A stretch of 64,000 nucleotides of DNA from a virus (IMGVR_UViG_3300049489_001113:36479-100478), one strand, 5' to 3'. Counted from the first letter of the stretch, positions 46,736 through 56,062 are shown. Notes: generated from the sequence alone by a model not told the origin. Translations and numbers: made by a program.

Positions 46736-48295
46736 CTACTCCGCGGTGTCGTCTTCGTCGTCGTCCTCGACACCTGCCCCGTCGGAGACCTTCTGCCCCT
46801 GCACATCGGGGTGGGGGCGCACCGGGTTCGGGTTGCCGCGCCCATCGCCCTCACCTGTATCCGGCAGGTACTTGCCGATGTCGAAGTCCATCTGCGCCGA
46901 CTCACGCTGTTCCTCGCGCCACTCGGCGAGGATCGCACTCGCCTCGGAGTCCGACTTCCCGCTCGCGAGCAGCTCCCGCTTCCGCGTCGACAGTCCGGCC
47001 GCGATCTTCTTCACCGACGTGTCGAGCGCGTTGGCCTCGTCGCGGGGGAGCGGATTCCCGAAGACGATGTTCGTCGCGTACCGCCCGGGGACGGGCAGCT
47101 TGACCATCTTCGCGAGGAACTCCGGGTCCTTCAGTTCCGTGGCCTTCAGCATGAGGCGGTTCACCTTGCGGAGCCCCTCGCTGTAGGTGCGGATCTTCAC
47201 GTTCCGCGTCTCGAGCATCGGCATGTAGGCCATGGCGATGGCGGCCGCGCTCGTACCGGTGATCTTGAAGTCCCCGCCGAGGGCGGCCTTCGGCACGCCC
47301 GACAGGTTGTAGATGGACTCCATGATCGTCTCGAGGAAGCGGTTGGATGCCGCAAGGTCACCGGACAACTCGAGGTTCTTCGCGTCGGCGTCGGCGGGGA
47401 TGGACCACACCTTGTTCGCGCCGGCCTCCAGCTCCCGGACGCTCGCACCCTTGAGGATGGTCACCGGAGAGCCGTGGTACTCGATGGCATCCTTGATGTC
47501 CGTGGCCGTCTCGTTCAACAGCTTCTGCAGGTCCATGACGACGTGCAGGTCCGACAGCCCGAAGGGTTCACCGGCGATCGGGTAGTTCACCACGTGGGCG
47601 ACGTTGACTTCGCCGAACGGGTTCGCCGTCTGCTGCACCAACTCGTCGCCCTTGTACAACTCGGTGACCTGCGGCGTGATGACCTTGCGGTACACGAGCC
47701 GCGAACGCGTCTGCTGGTAGCCGCGTAGCGTGAACTTGCGCCCGTTCTCGTACTCCTCCCAGTAGACGGTGCAGCGCGTCATGCGCCGGCGCGTCCCGGA
47801 GCCCGCGTACTCCGGGTAGCAGAGCTGCGACGGGAGCACCTCGACGCGAGGGATCGACAACTCCTCATCCCAGAAGACGTGGAGGAACGCGTCCCCGTTC
47901 ACCGAGCCGGACTGCGCGTACTCGAAGTTGAAGAGGTCCTTGTCGTTCATCGCCCAGATCTTGTCGAGCCGGTGCTTGATGAAGCTGCGGTTGACGTCCT
48001 CGCTCTGGGGGGTCTCGGGATCGTCGGGGATCTGCAGCTCCCACCCGCTCTTCATCAGGAAGTTGACCTGGGCATCGACGATCCGGCGTCCGTAGTTGAC
48101 GGTCACGAGCGTCTCGGAGTTCGGGTCCCCGCCCTGCCCCCGCTCGTAGTCCCAGTGGTCGCCCTTGTAGATGCGCCAGTAGTCGCGGTAGCGGGCGATC
48201 CGCTCCTTGTCCTGCATCCCGAGGTCGACGATCTCGACCACCTTCCCACCGGAACGTGAACCGTAGATCGAGTTCTCGAGAACGCTTCCGGCCAT
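46736..48295 (-). CDS. Portal protein (SPP1 gp6-like)
   Basis: Y.GDHW, VNY.R.IVD..V.FL, GDAF, FGLSDL, SGVP, TSAAAI motifs; follows TerL. Confidence 0.9.
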   Translation of the reverse strand: MAGSVLENSIYGSRSGGKVVEIVDLGMQDKERIARYRDYWRIYKGDHWDYERGQGGDPNSETLVTVNYGRRIVDAQVNFLMKSGWELQIPDDPETPQSEDVNRSFIKHRLDKIWAMNDKDLFNFEYAQSGSVNGDAFLHVFWDEELSIPRVEVLPSQLCYPEYAGSGTRRRMTRCTVYWEEYENGRKFTLRGYQQTRSRLVYRKVITPQVTELYKGDELVQQTANPFGEVNVAHVVNYPIAGEPFGLSDLHVVMDLQKLLNETATDIKDAIEYHGSPVTILKGASVRELEAGANKVWSIPADADAKNLELSGDLAASNRFLETIMESIYNLSGVPKAALGGDFKITGTSAAAIAMAYMPMLETRNVKIRTYSEGLRKVNRLMLKATELKDPEFLAKMVKLPVPGRYATNIVFGNPLPRDEANALDTSVKKIAAGLSTRKRELLASGKSDSEASAILAEWREEQRESAQMDFDIGKYLPDTGEGDGRGNPNPVRPHPDVQGQKVSDGAGVEDDDEDDTAE

Positions 48296-48364
48296 CGACC
48301 TACTCCACCGTCGTGCGGCCGAACGGTGGCCGCGAGACCAGGTAACCAGGAGAGAGTATCATCC

Positions 48365-50170
48365 TCATCCCCGCCACCAGGCCCGACCCTCACGCATGCG
48401 CTGGTGTCGGGCGGTCTTGGTGTAGAAGGGGTTCTTCGGCGCGACCTCCACCTCCTTGAGCACCGCACCGGACTGGGTCGCGTAGATCGCGAGCATGTAG
48501 GAGTCCGGGTAGTCGTCGTGCATGTCCTTCACCTTGCGGCCCCCGCTGGACCGCTTCGGTGCCTCGACCACCATGTACTTCCCGCGCCAGCCCTTCTCGA
48601 GGTCCTCGAACTGCTGCTTGAACCGCTTGTACTTGGTGAGCTTCTGGACGGGGTAACCGGCCGGGTAGGTGGCGCGGTTCGCGCGCACCTCCTGCTGGAG
48701 GAGCGTGTACCCCTGGTGCTTCGTCGCCTGGTTGAACACGAAGGCCACGACCTGGATGTCGAACGGCTTCAACTCGGCACGGAGTCGATCGTAGATGGGA
48801 TCACCTCGTCCGGTGGCGTCCACCGCCACACAGTCGATGCGGTAGTTCTTCAGGAAGCTCACGATCTGCGGATACTGCTGCTCGTGGTCGTCGCCGTGCA
48901 GCTCGAGCCAGTTGGCGATGTGCGTGTAGTAGACGGTCTTCTCGCCCACCTTGATGGGGTTCTCCCACCAGACGCGGAGGACGGTGACGACCGTGCTGTC
49001 GCCGTCGCGCCCGATGTCGATGCCGGCCACGTGCCGGTTCTTCGAGTCGAACGTGACCAGATTGCTCGCGCACATGAAGAGGGAGGCGCGGCCCGAACCG
49101 ATCTGCCTGCGGAGCAAACGGTTCCGCTTGAGGCCGCACTCGTTCAACTCCTCGGTGGAGATGAAAGTGCTCCGCTCAAGGATCCAGTGCAGGCGGTACG
49201 CCATGCGGAACTCGTCGGAGTCCTCCCCGAGACGATCCCTCTCGGCCTTGACGTACTTCGCGTACCGCTTCGACCATCGCGCGCACTCCGTCCAGTCGTA
49301 CTCGAAGTGCTGCTTCTTCCACTTGTCCTTGCCGGACAGGTTGAGGTCCTTGCGCCGGTTGCGCTGGCAGGCGTCGTAGAACTCGCACCGCTCCGTGCTC
49401 GGTGTGCCGAGCATCACGATGGTGGCCGCGGTGCGCGCGCCGCTCGGGCGGATCGACTTTTTCATCCTGATGTCAGGGATGAACTGCGTCTCGTCCGTGA
49501 TGATCAGGTGGTACGTGTGCCCTTCGATCGGGACCTTCGGGTGCGTGGTGTGTGCCTCGACACGCGAACCGTTCGGGAGCGCGAGCGCCTTCGCGTCCTC
49601 CGGCAGGTCGATGCCCACCTCCTCGTCCTGCATCACCTCCCGCATCCCGTGGCTGTAGACGCGATCCTGGATGCGGGCGCAGAGGATGTTGACCGTGTCG
49701 TACGACGGGGCGAACACGCCGATGTGGATCCCGTTCTTGAACTTCGCGAGCCGCTCGTCCGGGATCTGCTGCGCGAGGGTGGGAAGGAGGACCATGAGCC
49801 CCGCCACCACGATCGCAATAGTCTCCGTTTTACCAGCTTGGCGGCTGATAAGTGCGGTTAGTTCGGCGACGTCCTCGAGCAGGATCGAGCGCACCATCCG
49901 CGTCGCGAATTCGGTCTGGTAGGGGGCGAGCGGGATCCCCACCGCCTCGATGATGAGCGTCGTGAGCTTGTCGGCCAGCTCGATCATCACCTCGTCGGGG
50001 ATGCGCGTCTCGACGCCGTCCCCGATGCCCTGCTCCACGGAGGGGGTCTTGGGGACGCGCTTCGGCTTCGGCGCCTTGCCCTTGCGTGGCTTCTGTGGGA
50101 ACGCGGGAATCCCGGCGCCGCCGGCGACGCCATCTTTCGTGTTGCGGGAATCGAAGGGACCGAGGCCCAC
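48365..50170 (-). CDS. terL: Terminase large subunit
   Basis: PYQ, SRQAGKT Walker A, IITDE Walker B, GTP, AGIDIG and HDDYPDS nuclease motifs. Confidence 0.93.
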   Translation of the reverse strand: MGLGPFDSRNTKDGVAGGAGIPAFPQKPRKGKAPKPKRVPKTPSVEQGIGDGVETRIPDEVMIELADKLTTLIIEAVGIPLAPYQTEFATRMVRSILLEDVAELTALISRQAGKTETIAIVVAGLMVLLPTLAQQIPDERLAKFKNGIHIGVFAPSYDTVNILCARIQDRVYSHGMREVMQDEEVGIDLPEDAKALALPNGSRVEAHTTHPKVPIEGHTYHLIITDETQFIPDIRMKKSIRPSGARTAATIVMLGTPSTERCEFYDACQRNRRKDLNLSGKDKWKKQHFEYDWTECARWSKRYAKYVKAERDRLGEDSDEFRMAYRLHWILERSTFISTEELNECGLKRNRLLRRQIGSGRASLFMCASNLVTFDSKNRHVAGIDIGRDGDSTVVTVLRVWWENPIKVGEKTVYYTHIANWLELHGDDHEQQYPQIVSFLKNYRIDCVAVDATGRGDPIYDRLRAELKPFDIQVVAFVFNQATKHQGYTLLQQEVRANRATYPAGYPVQKLTKYKRFKQQFEDLEKGWRGKYMVVEAPKRSSGGRKVKDMHDDYPDSYMLAIYATQSGAVLKEVEVAPKNPFYTKTARHQRMREGRAWWRG

Positions 50171-50191
50171 GGAGCCACCTCTCGTCCGATG

Positions 50192-50581
50192 CTACTGCGA
50201 GTTCCCCGCGAGCCACACATCGATCCCGTCCGTGAACGGCCCGGTGGCGACAGTGATCTCCACGGCCACGCGATCCGCACCGTCGAGATCGAAGCTCTTG
50301 TAGGACGGACTGTTCGCGGCCGCGACCACGACCGTCCCGAGCGTCGGGTGCAGCACCCACAGCCCGGCGACGTCGAGCCACAACCACACCCGGAACGACA
50401 CGGTCGTCCCATCGTGCTTCACGACGATGTGCCCCTTCTTCGCGTTACCACCGGCGAAGCCGTCCGCCTGGAGCGTCGGTGCGGCGACCACCGCCGTGGC
50501 AGCCGCGATCACGCGCCGAGCGGCCGTTGTTGCCCCCTGCTTGAGGGAGACGGGGTGTCGCTTCTGGTTCGGGGCGCTCAT
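50192..50581 (-). CDS. Hypothetical protein (129 aa)
   Basis: GGAGG RBS; GC3 bias. Confidence 0.65.
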   Translation of the reverse strand: MSAPNQKRHPVSLKQGATTAARRVIAAATAVVAAPTLQADGFAGGNAKKGHIVVKHDGTTVSFRVWLWLDVAGLWVLHPTLGTVVVAAANSPSYKSFDLDGADRVAVEITVATGPFTDGIDVWLAGNSQ

Positions 50582-50603
50582 GAAATCCTCCGGGCCTGTT
50601 GAC

Positions 50604-51539
50604 CTAACCCGCGGCTTGTTTCCGCCAGTGTAGCCACTTCGCCAGTTCTTTGTCCCTCGGCTCGATGTCGGTGCGCCCGATCACGAACAGCGACCAGGCG
50701 TCCTGCGCGTACCGACCCACCCCAGGGATGTCCCTCACGTCCCGGTGTCGGTAAGGCAGGAGGTGGATCCCCCGCCGCACGATGGATCGGCACATGGCCA
50801 CGATCCTGTCGGCCCGCACACGCTGCAGCCCCAGGGGACGAAGCAGCGGCTCGAGATCGGCGGATCGCGCCTCGGCGAGGTCCTCGGCTCTGGGCCACCT
50901 GGTGACGATGTCGATCAGGATGGGGAGGGCGCGCCGACCCTTCGTCCTGTTGCACAGCGCGCACGCGAGCAGCACGCGCCACGGTCGGGCCTGAACCACC
51001 GGGTGCTCCTGCACCAGGAGGTACGGGCTAACCCTCGTCCTCGCCGCGGATGTTGAGGGCCCCGAGCGCGCAGAGGACGAGGATGTACGCCACAACCGCT
51101 CCGTGCATGAGTCGCCTGGGGAAACTCGGCCTTCCTGCTTCCACGTCTCACCTCTCGTGACGAGGCCCACCGTTGCGCGGTGCACACCTTGTATCTCCGC
51201 GAGTGCGGCCTGTGACCAGCGCCCCGACTCTGCCGCCTCGCGGATCGCCTTGATCCTCTGTGGGTCGAGCTTCGCTCGTCCGTTTCGGTTCCCGGAGACG
51301 ACCCTCGATAGCGGCCGCAGGGTGACCCCTGCGATCTGCTGCTGGCGGTGGCGCAGGCACAGCCCCTTCGCCTTGTGCGGACGCGTGCATCCCTCGAAGG
51401 TGCACATCGGAGAGGCGGGCTTCTCCCGCACGACCAGGGCCCTCGGCGTCGTCCCGCGCTGCACCTGCCGCAGATGTGCGGCGCACCATCCCCGCCCGCG
51501 CGCCGGACGACCGCAGTCGTCGAACGCGCACGTCTTCAC
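50604..51539 (-). CDS. Two zinc fingers + HTH fused to MBD4-like HhH-GPD DNA glycosylase
   Basis: Two C..C....GxC..H fingers, AKL..I..IR..HTH..W; then SPYLLVQE..PWRVLLAC.LCNRT.G, L.PLGL, IPGVGRYA.DA, EPRDK.L..W. Confidence 0.8.
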   Translation of the reverse strand: MKTCAFDDCGRPARGRGWCAAHLRQVQRGTTPRALVVREKPASPMCTFEGCTRPHKAKGLCLRHRQQQIAGVTLRPLSRVVSGNRNGRAKLDPQRIKAIREAAESGRWSQAALAEIQGVHRATVGLVTRGETWKQEGRVSPGDSCTERLWRTSSSSARSGPSTSAARTRVSPYLLVQEHPVVQARPWRVLLACALCNRTKGRRALPILIDIVTRWPRAEDLAEARSADLEPLLRPLGLQRVRADRIVAMCRSIVRRGIHLLPYRHRDVRDIPGVGRYAQDAWSLFVIGRTDIEPRDKELAKWLHWRKQAAG

Positions 51540-51958
51540 TCCCTCGTACCCACGAGCGACCAGAAGGCGGAGAACAGGTTCCGCCACCTCTGGTTGTCCT
51601 CGGCGAGCACATCCGTGATCGCCTCGAGCCGCGCCAACCGCTCCTCGACGGACAGGTCCTCCGTGTTGACGTTCCTCGTGTCCGGCGTCGGGCCTTCCTC
51701 CTCATCGTCGGGCTCACCTCGATCGGACATCCCCAGCGCGAAGGCCACGACATCCTGTGCCGTGGAGCCCGCACCGAACACGCGATCCTCGTCGGTGCTG
51801 ATGTCCTCGCCGTAGCGGTGGCCGACCAGCTTGTCGCCGCGCATCTGCAGGATGAGGATGCACCGCCCCTCCTTGTCGTGAAGCTCGCCGCCGTCCTGGA
51901 GGTGCAGGCCGAACTTGTTGGCCGTCACAGCGAGTTGTTCGAGGAAGGTGTGCGTCAT
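51536..51958 (-). CDS. Hypothetical protein (140 aa)
   Basis: GC3 bias; GTGA coupling downstream. Confidence 0.65.
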   Translation of the reverse strand: MTHTFLEQLAVTANKFGLHLQDGGELHDKEGRCILILQMRGDKLVGHRYGEDISTDEDRVFGAGSTAQDVVAFALGMSDRGEPDDEEEGPTPDTRNVNTEDLSVEERLARLEAITDVLAEDNQRWRNLFSAFWSLVGTRE

Positions 51959-52043
51959 GGGACAGCGGTATCACCGTCCAGCCACGGGCGTCGAGGGTGC
52001 CCCGGATCCATGTCCGGTTAGGACTGGCGCAACGGAGAACACG

Positions 52044-52373
52044 ATGAAGACGTTCCACCTCTACAGACACGAGGATGAATCTGGGGTTTCTGGTACAGGC
52101 CGGGTCGCCCAGGGCGTCGTGTTCGACGATGGGCAGGCCGTACTGCGGTGGCTCGGGGAGCATCCGAGCACGACCGTCTACCCGAACATCGGGGAGGTGA
52201 AGGCCATCCACGGACACCAGGGGAAGACGGAGGTGGTCATGGACGCCGACTACCGCGGTGCGCTGGGGGAGGTCCTCAAGGCCGCGAACACGAACCTCGC
52301 GGATCTGCTGCTCGAGAAGGTCGGCGACTCCAAGGTGCGCAAGATCCTCGAGGAGCGCGACATCCTGACGTGA
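52044..52373 (+). CDS. Conserved phage hypothetical protein (F.L.R.ED.SGVSGTG.VA.GV.F.DG family)
   Basis: Recognisable motif of a small phage protein family; GGAG RBS. Confidence 0.8.
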   Translation: MKTFHLYRHEDESGVSGTGRVAQGVVFDDGQAVLRWLGEHPSTTVYPNIGEVKAIHGHQGKTEVVMDADYRGALGEVLKAANTNLADLLLEKVGDSKVRKILEERDILT

Positions 52374-52595
52374 TCAGCGGGCGGTGCGCAGCTTCACGGG
52401 CGGCATGTTCATGTCGGGGTGGGCCGCGATCACAACCGGCCTCTTCTTCACCAACCTCCGCACCATCGTGTCGTCGTCGTTCTCGAGCACCTGCAACGCG
52501 TCCCCAAGGCGCCAGAGGTCGTCTTTCTCGGAAAGTTCCACGCATAGCTCGTCCAGGCGATCCGCGTGCTGGAGCAGCCGCATCTCACGGGGCAT
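52374..52595 (-). CDS. Hypothetical protein (73 aa)
   Basis: Overlaps the upstream gene; plausible composition. Confidence 0.5.
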   Translation of the reverse strand: MPREMRLLQHADRLDELCVELSEKDDLWRLGDALQVLENDDDTMVRRLVKKRPVVIAAHPDMNMPPVKLRTAR

Positions 52596-52950
52596 CCGTC
52601 ACCCCCAAGTATTGCAGAACCCCCAGCTTCGCTGCGAGCCAGAACGCAAGTGCTGTGAGGGCGAACTGCACTGCAGGTGACTTTAGCGCCGCGTCTGCGA
52701 ACTTCGCAAGCGCCGTTGTCTGCCCCTCACGCTTCGCCCGCTCGTCCGCCAGTTCCTTCAGGAAGTTCTCGATGCGGAGCATGATGTCCGCCTGCCTGCG
52801 GATCTCCGTACGCAGCTCGTCTACGGCTTTCGACTGGAGCCCGGAGGAGTTGACCACGTCCCGCAGGTCAAGCGCGACCTCACGCATGGACGACGACGTC
52901 TCGCGGATCGCGTCGACGAGGATCTCTGCGCTCCCGCGTTCGTTTCCCAT
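52585..52950 (-). CDS. Coiled-coil protein with C-terminal TM
   Basis: GAGGGGAG RBS; FALTALAFWLAAKLGVL TM. Confidence 0.65.
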   Translation of the reverse strand: MGNERGSAEILVDAIRETSSSMREVALDLRDVVNSSGLQSKAVDELRTEIRRQADIMLRIENFLKELADERAKREGQTTALAKFADAALKSPAVQFALTALAFWLAAKLGVLQYLGVTDAP

Positions 52951-52977
52951 GCTCCCCTCATCGTACAGGATTCCGCC

Positions 52978-53202
52978 TCAACGTCGTACAGCGTCCTCAG
53001 CCAACTGGCGCAACCAGGTCTCGAGCGTGCGGTGATCCGGTAGGTACGGGGTCCTTCTCCTGCGGTCACGCAGGACGATCACGGGGTCGTGGTCAAGGTC
53101 AACGACGACGTGCGCCTCGGCGGCGACGGCGTCGAAGTCCGCCGGATCTACCCGTGCGGCCCTCGGGTGTCCGTTGTTGACCAGGAGCAACAGCATCGAC
53201 AC
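52978..53202 (-). CDS. Hypothetical protein (74 aa)
   Basis: Fills the gap in a minus-strand run. Confidence 0.45.
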   Translation of the reverse strand: MSMLLLLVNNGHPRAARVDPADFDAVAAEAHVVVDLDHDPVIVLRDRRRRTPYLPDHRTLETWLRQLAEDAVRR

Positions 53203-53232
53203 CAGATACCGCGTCTGGCGGAAGCCGGCAGC

Positions 53233-53436
53233 CTACCTTTCCCGGGGCGTCTTGGGGAGGGTGTCCACGCTCACCGCCCCCGCAGCCTCCTCGTCGAACC
53301 TCGTACCGCGCGAAAGCCACTCATCGAGGTCCACCTCGAACTCCTGCCCCGTCTCCACGCGCACATACCGCACCACCACACGCTTCCCCACGAGACGGCG
53401 CACGCTGCCACCCCCTCGCCACTCGGACGGGATCAC
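53233..53436 (-). CDS. Hypothetical protein
   Basis: GGAGG RBS, GTGA coupling. Confidence 0.5.
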   Translation of the reverse strand: MIPSEWRGGGSVRRLVGKRVVVRYVRVETGQEFEVDLDEWLSRGTRFDEEAAGAVSVDTLPKTPRER

Positions 53437-54038
53437 TGTGCGTCCTCCACCCCGAGACCGTTGGCGGGCGCGAGTTCCGGCTCGGGGCGGCTCGCGAGCA
53501 CCACCTTCCTCGACACCACGACGGCTCCCACATCCACCGTCACGGACTGGATGTCGAGCCGTTTCATCTGCTTGCGCAGCTCGGTGATGACGAAGGAGAA
53601 CGCCTCGTCCTCCCCTGCGGCCACGGCCGCGCCCAGCGCATCCACCAGCGTGCGCTTCCTGCGCCGCCCAGGCAGGCTCTTCGATGCCTTCGGCGGCTCG
53701 GGGGGTGCGCAAGGGTCGTTGATGAGCTTCCAACCCCCCAGGGAACGGAGTTCGAGGGAGCGGTCCTCCGTCCACTTCGCCGCTGGACCAGCCGCCGCGA
53801 CGAACTTGGCGACGTCGATGGTGCCACCCCTCGCGTGGCGCGTGATCCCGAACTCGCTGCGGGCGAGCCCGCGGACTTTCGACACGACCCCGGGGTCACC
53901 CCCGGCGTCCTTGGTCAGGGTGAAGAGGCCACGGTTGTCGATGGTTGGGTCCTCCGTGAGGATGTTCTGGACCCACCGCGTGACGGCGATCTCGTGCTCC
54001 GTGAACCCGGCCTTCACCAATTCGTCCATCGTGCTCAC
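53433..54038 (-). CDS. Hypothetical protein (~200 aa)
   Basis: GC3 bias; coupled to neighbours. Confidence 0.65.
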   Translation of the reverse strand: MSTMDELVKAGFTEHEIAVTRWVQNILTEDPTIDNRGLFTLTKDAGGDPGVVSKVRGLARSEFGITRHARGGTIDVAKFVAAAGPAAKWTEDRSLELRSLGGWKLINDPCAPPEPPKASKSLPGRRRKRTLVDALGAAVAAGEDEAFSFVITELRKQMKRLDIQSVTVDVGAVVVSRKVVLASRPEPELAPANGLGVEDAQ

Positions 54039-54205
54039 GCAACACCCCGCGCGGCACGGCGCTTCGCGAGGAAGCGGTGCACGAGGTACCCCCCGACGCC
54101 GGCGTAGACGAGCACCAACTGCACGATCAGCGCGGGCGTGATCTCCGTGGGGATCAGGTGGGGCCCGAGTGCGGCATGCGCGTCCGGGATCAGGATCAGA
54201 ATCAT
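54035..54205 (-). CDS. Small membrane protein
   Basis: AGGAGG RBS; one TM segment followed by a basic tail. Confidence 0.55.
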   Translation of the reverse strand: MILILIPDAHAALGPHLIPTEITPALIVQLVLVYAGVGGYLVHRFLAKRRAARGVA

Positions 54206-54221
54206 GGAACCTCCTGCACGA

Positions 54222-54311
54222 AGCCTACCACACATGCCTCCAAACCACAAGCATTGATGGTGCCTCGATTCATGTGTGCACTATTGCAACCTCACGACTT
54301 GATGTTATAGT
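54222..54311. promoter_or_regulatory. Divergent promoter region with two operator-like boxes
   Basis: Plus strand TTGCAA-16-TATAGT (with TG extension); minus strand TGGTAGGCT; boxes CCACAAgcaTTGATG (54245) and CCTCACgacTTGATG (54290). Confidence 0.65.
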
Positions 54312-54341
54312 GTGCCGGGCATTCCGCCCAGGAGGTACACG

Positions 54342-54623
54342 ATGAACAAGACGAAACTGGTGGCGGCAGTGGCGAATACGACCGGGCTCCCGAAGACGAA
54401 GGTGGAGGAGGTCATCACGGCGATCTTCGGGGAGAGCGGTGCTCTCGAGAAGAGCCTGTCCAAGGGGAACGAGATCGCACTCCACGGGTTCGGCACCTTC
54501 CGCGTGAAGAAGCGCAAGGCCCGCATGGCCCACAACCCGCAGACCGGTGCCAAGGTCGAAGTCCCGGCGCGCAAGGTCGTCGTGTTCAAGCCCGGCGAGC
54601 GGCTCCGCAAGTCGGTGGCTTGA
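54342..54623 (+). CDS. hup: HU/IHF-family histone-like DNA-binding protein
   Basis: MNKTKLV..VA, GFGTF.V..RKAR..HNPQTG..V.VPA..V.FKPG..L; AGGAGG RBS. Confidence 0.93.
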   Translation: MNKTKLVAAVANTTGLPKTKVEEVITAIFGESGALEKSLSKGNEIALHGFGTFRVKKRKARMAHNPQTGAKVEVPARKVVVFKPGERLRKSVA

Positions 54624-54649
54624 CTTACCATCAAGAGTTGGGGTAAGCT
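54620..54649 (+). promoter_or_regulatory. Sigma70-type promoter with operator box, leaderless start
   Basis: TTGACT-18-TAAGCT; CATCAAgagTTGGGG in spacer; ATG 6 nt downstream. Confidence 0.6.
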
Positions 54650-54655
54650 GTCTAC

Positions 54656-54814
54656 ATGCGTACATGGCGTGTGACGGTCGGCAAGAAGTGCTTCGGTGAG
54701 GTGAGTGCCGCCACCCTCGTGGAGGCGAACTACCTCTCGAAGCTGCTCCTGCAGGCATGCGGGATCCGCCCACGCCACGTACTCTTCCATCTCAATCTCG
54801 AGGAGGTACGGTGA
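54656..54814 (+). CDS. Small leaderless protein (52 aa, MRTWRVTVGKKCF...)
   Basis: ATG 6 nt after -10 box; GTGA coupling with the next gene; not in ORF track. Confidence 0.55.
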   Translation: MRTWRVTVGKKCFGEVSAATLVEANYLSKLLLQACGIRPRHVLFHLNLEEVR

Positions 54815-55314
54815 GGAACATCGTGTACGTTGCGGGTCCATACGCCGGCGACTCGCTCGAGGTCATCGAGCGCAACGTGGGGCGCGCCGTCGCGGTGGGG
54901 TTCCTCGCCGTGCAACGCGGGCTGTGCCCGGTCGTGCCGCACACCATGGGGTGGCTGCACGTGCATGGCGCACACGACGAGAGCGTGCCGGGTGTCCGGG
55001 AGGCGGCCATCCAGTGCGGCGTGTCGCTCGCGTACGCCACGGCGAAGGTCGGTGGGATCCTCTGGGTCGTCTCCCGCGACGACGGCTCACTGTCGGCGGG
55101 AACCCAGCTCGAGGTCGACTGCTACCGCGCTCACGGTGGAGTCACCGCTGTGATCCGCACATGGGACCAGTGGGTGAGGGAGGGCGCCTCGTACCGTCGT
55201 CCGGTCGACGATCGCTTCTATGAGATGGACGCGCAGATCGGGATCCTCAAGGACGAGACGACTCGTCTCGTCGAACTCGTGGACAGTCTGCGCGAGAAGG
55301 TGCGCACCCAATGA
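54811..55314 (+). CDS. DUF4406/DUF1937-like (nucleoside deoxyribosyltransferase-fold) protein
   Basis: VYVAGPY, P.VPH, S.G...E motifs; GAGGAGG RBS. Confidence 0.7.
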   Translation: MRNIVYVAGPYAGDSLEVIERNVGRAVAVGFLAVQRGLCPVVPHTMGWLHVHGAHDESVPGVREAAIQCGVSLAYATAKVGGILWVVSRDDGSLSAGTQLEVDCYRAHGGVTAVIRTWDQWVREGASYRRPVDDRFYEMDAQIGILKDETTRLVELVDSLREKVRTQ

Positions 55315-55850
55315 CCAGGAAGTCCGACAGTGGGGGCAACCTGTGGTGGGAGGAGGGTGTAGCCAAGCAGTGGGAGGCGGACGAGCAGGACACCGTGCCG
55401 TCGGACATCGTGTGGATCGACGGCTCAGGTAGGCGCACTCCGGTCGCAGATCTCGAAGACGTCCACCTGATGAACATCATCCGTATGGTCGCAAGAATGG
55501 ATGATGAACGTGCAGAATACTTGGCCATGCGCGCCTTGCAGACCGGCAACCTCGGCTCCGCTAAACGGCAGACACGCGCCATGTCCAGGAGGGACAAGTT
55601 GCTCCTCGCCGTTCCTGTGCTTCCGTACCTGGAGAAGGAAGCGCGACGACGCGGGTTCCGCGTGCCGGAGATCGCAGACGACAAACCCCTGCCGCGTAGG
55701 ACGGTATCCCAGGAGGTGATCGCTCCGATCGAGTTCGTGCCGGAGAAGCCGAAGCAGAAGAAACGCCGCGATGTCGCCAAGCAGTCGCCGGACACACGCG
55801 CAGTGGACGTCAGGCGCTTCGCGATGCTCGAGCTGCCGGACGACGACTAA
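55311..55850 (+). CDS. Hypothetical phage protein (179 aa)
   Basis: W...G...VADLED.HL.NI motif; ATGA coupling. Confidence 0.7.
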   Translation: MTRKSDSGGNLWWEEGVAKQWEADEQDTVPSDIVWIDGSGRRTPVADLEDVHLMNIIRMVARMDDERAEYLAMRALQTGNLGSAKRQTRAMSRRDKLLLAVPVLPYLEKEARRRGFRVPEIADDKPLPRRTVSQEVIAPIEFVPEKPKQKKRRDVAKQSPDTRAVDVRRFAMLELPDDD

Positions 55851-56062
55851 CGGTGCTCGGCCACGGTATCGGACCAGGCCCTGTCGACTTCGAGATGTGG
55901 CAGCAGGGTAGCCCTGTCGACGAGTTCCGTCGGTAGCAGGTCCGATCGGTCCGGTGCCTCCATGAGGTGGATCTCGATCGTGGGTTGCTCGTCGAAGCGG
56001 GTCGCGTGCTCGGTCTGTTCCATGGCGCCTGACGCGTAGCGCGTCACTCCTTCGGTGACCAC
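55847..56062 (-). CDS. Hypothetical protein (start uncertain)
   Basis: End of the minus-strand lysis run. Confidence 0.4.
   Translation of the reverse strand: MVTEGVTRYASGAMEQTEHATRFDEQPTIEIHLMEAPDRSDLLPTELVDRATLLPHLEVDRAWSDTVAEHR

Noticed and set aside
50192-50581. Terminase small subunit by position
   Set aside because: No HTH or coiled-coil TerS features; the composition looks like a beta-rich virion protein.
51028-51108. 26-codon hydrophobic ORF (MHGAVVAYILVLCALG...) overlapping the glycosylase linker in another frame
   Set aside because: Too short and without a clear RBS; noted only as a possible remnant of the pre-fusion arrangement.
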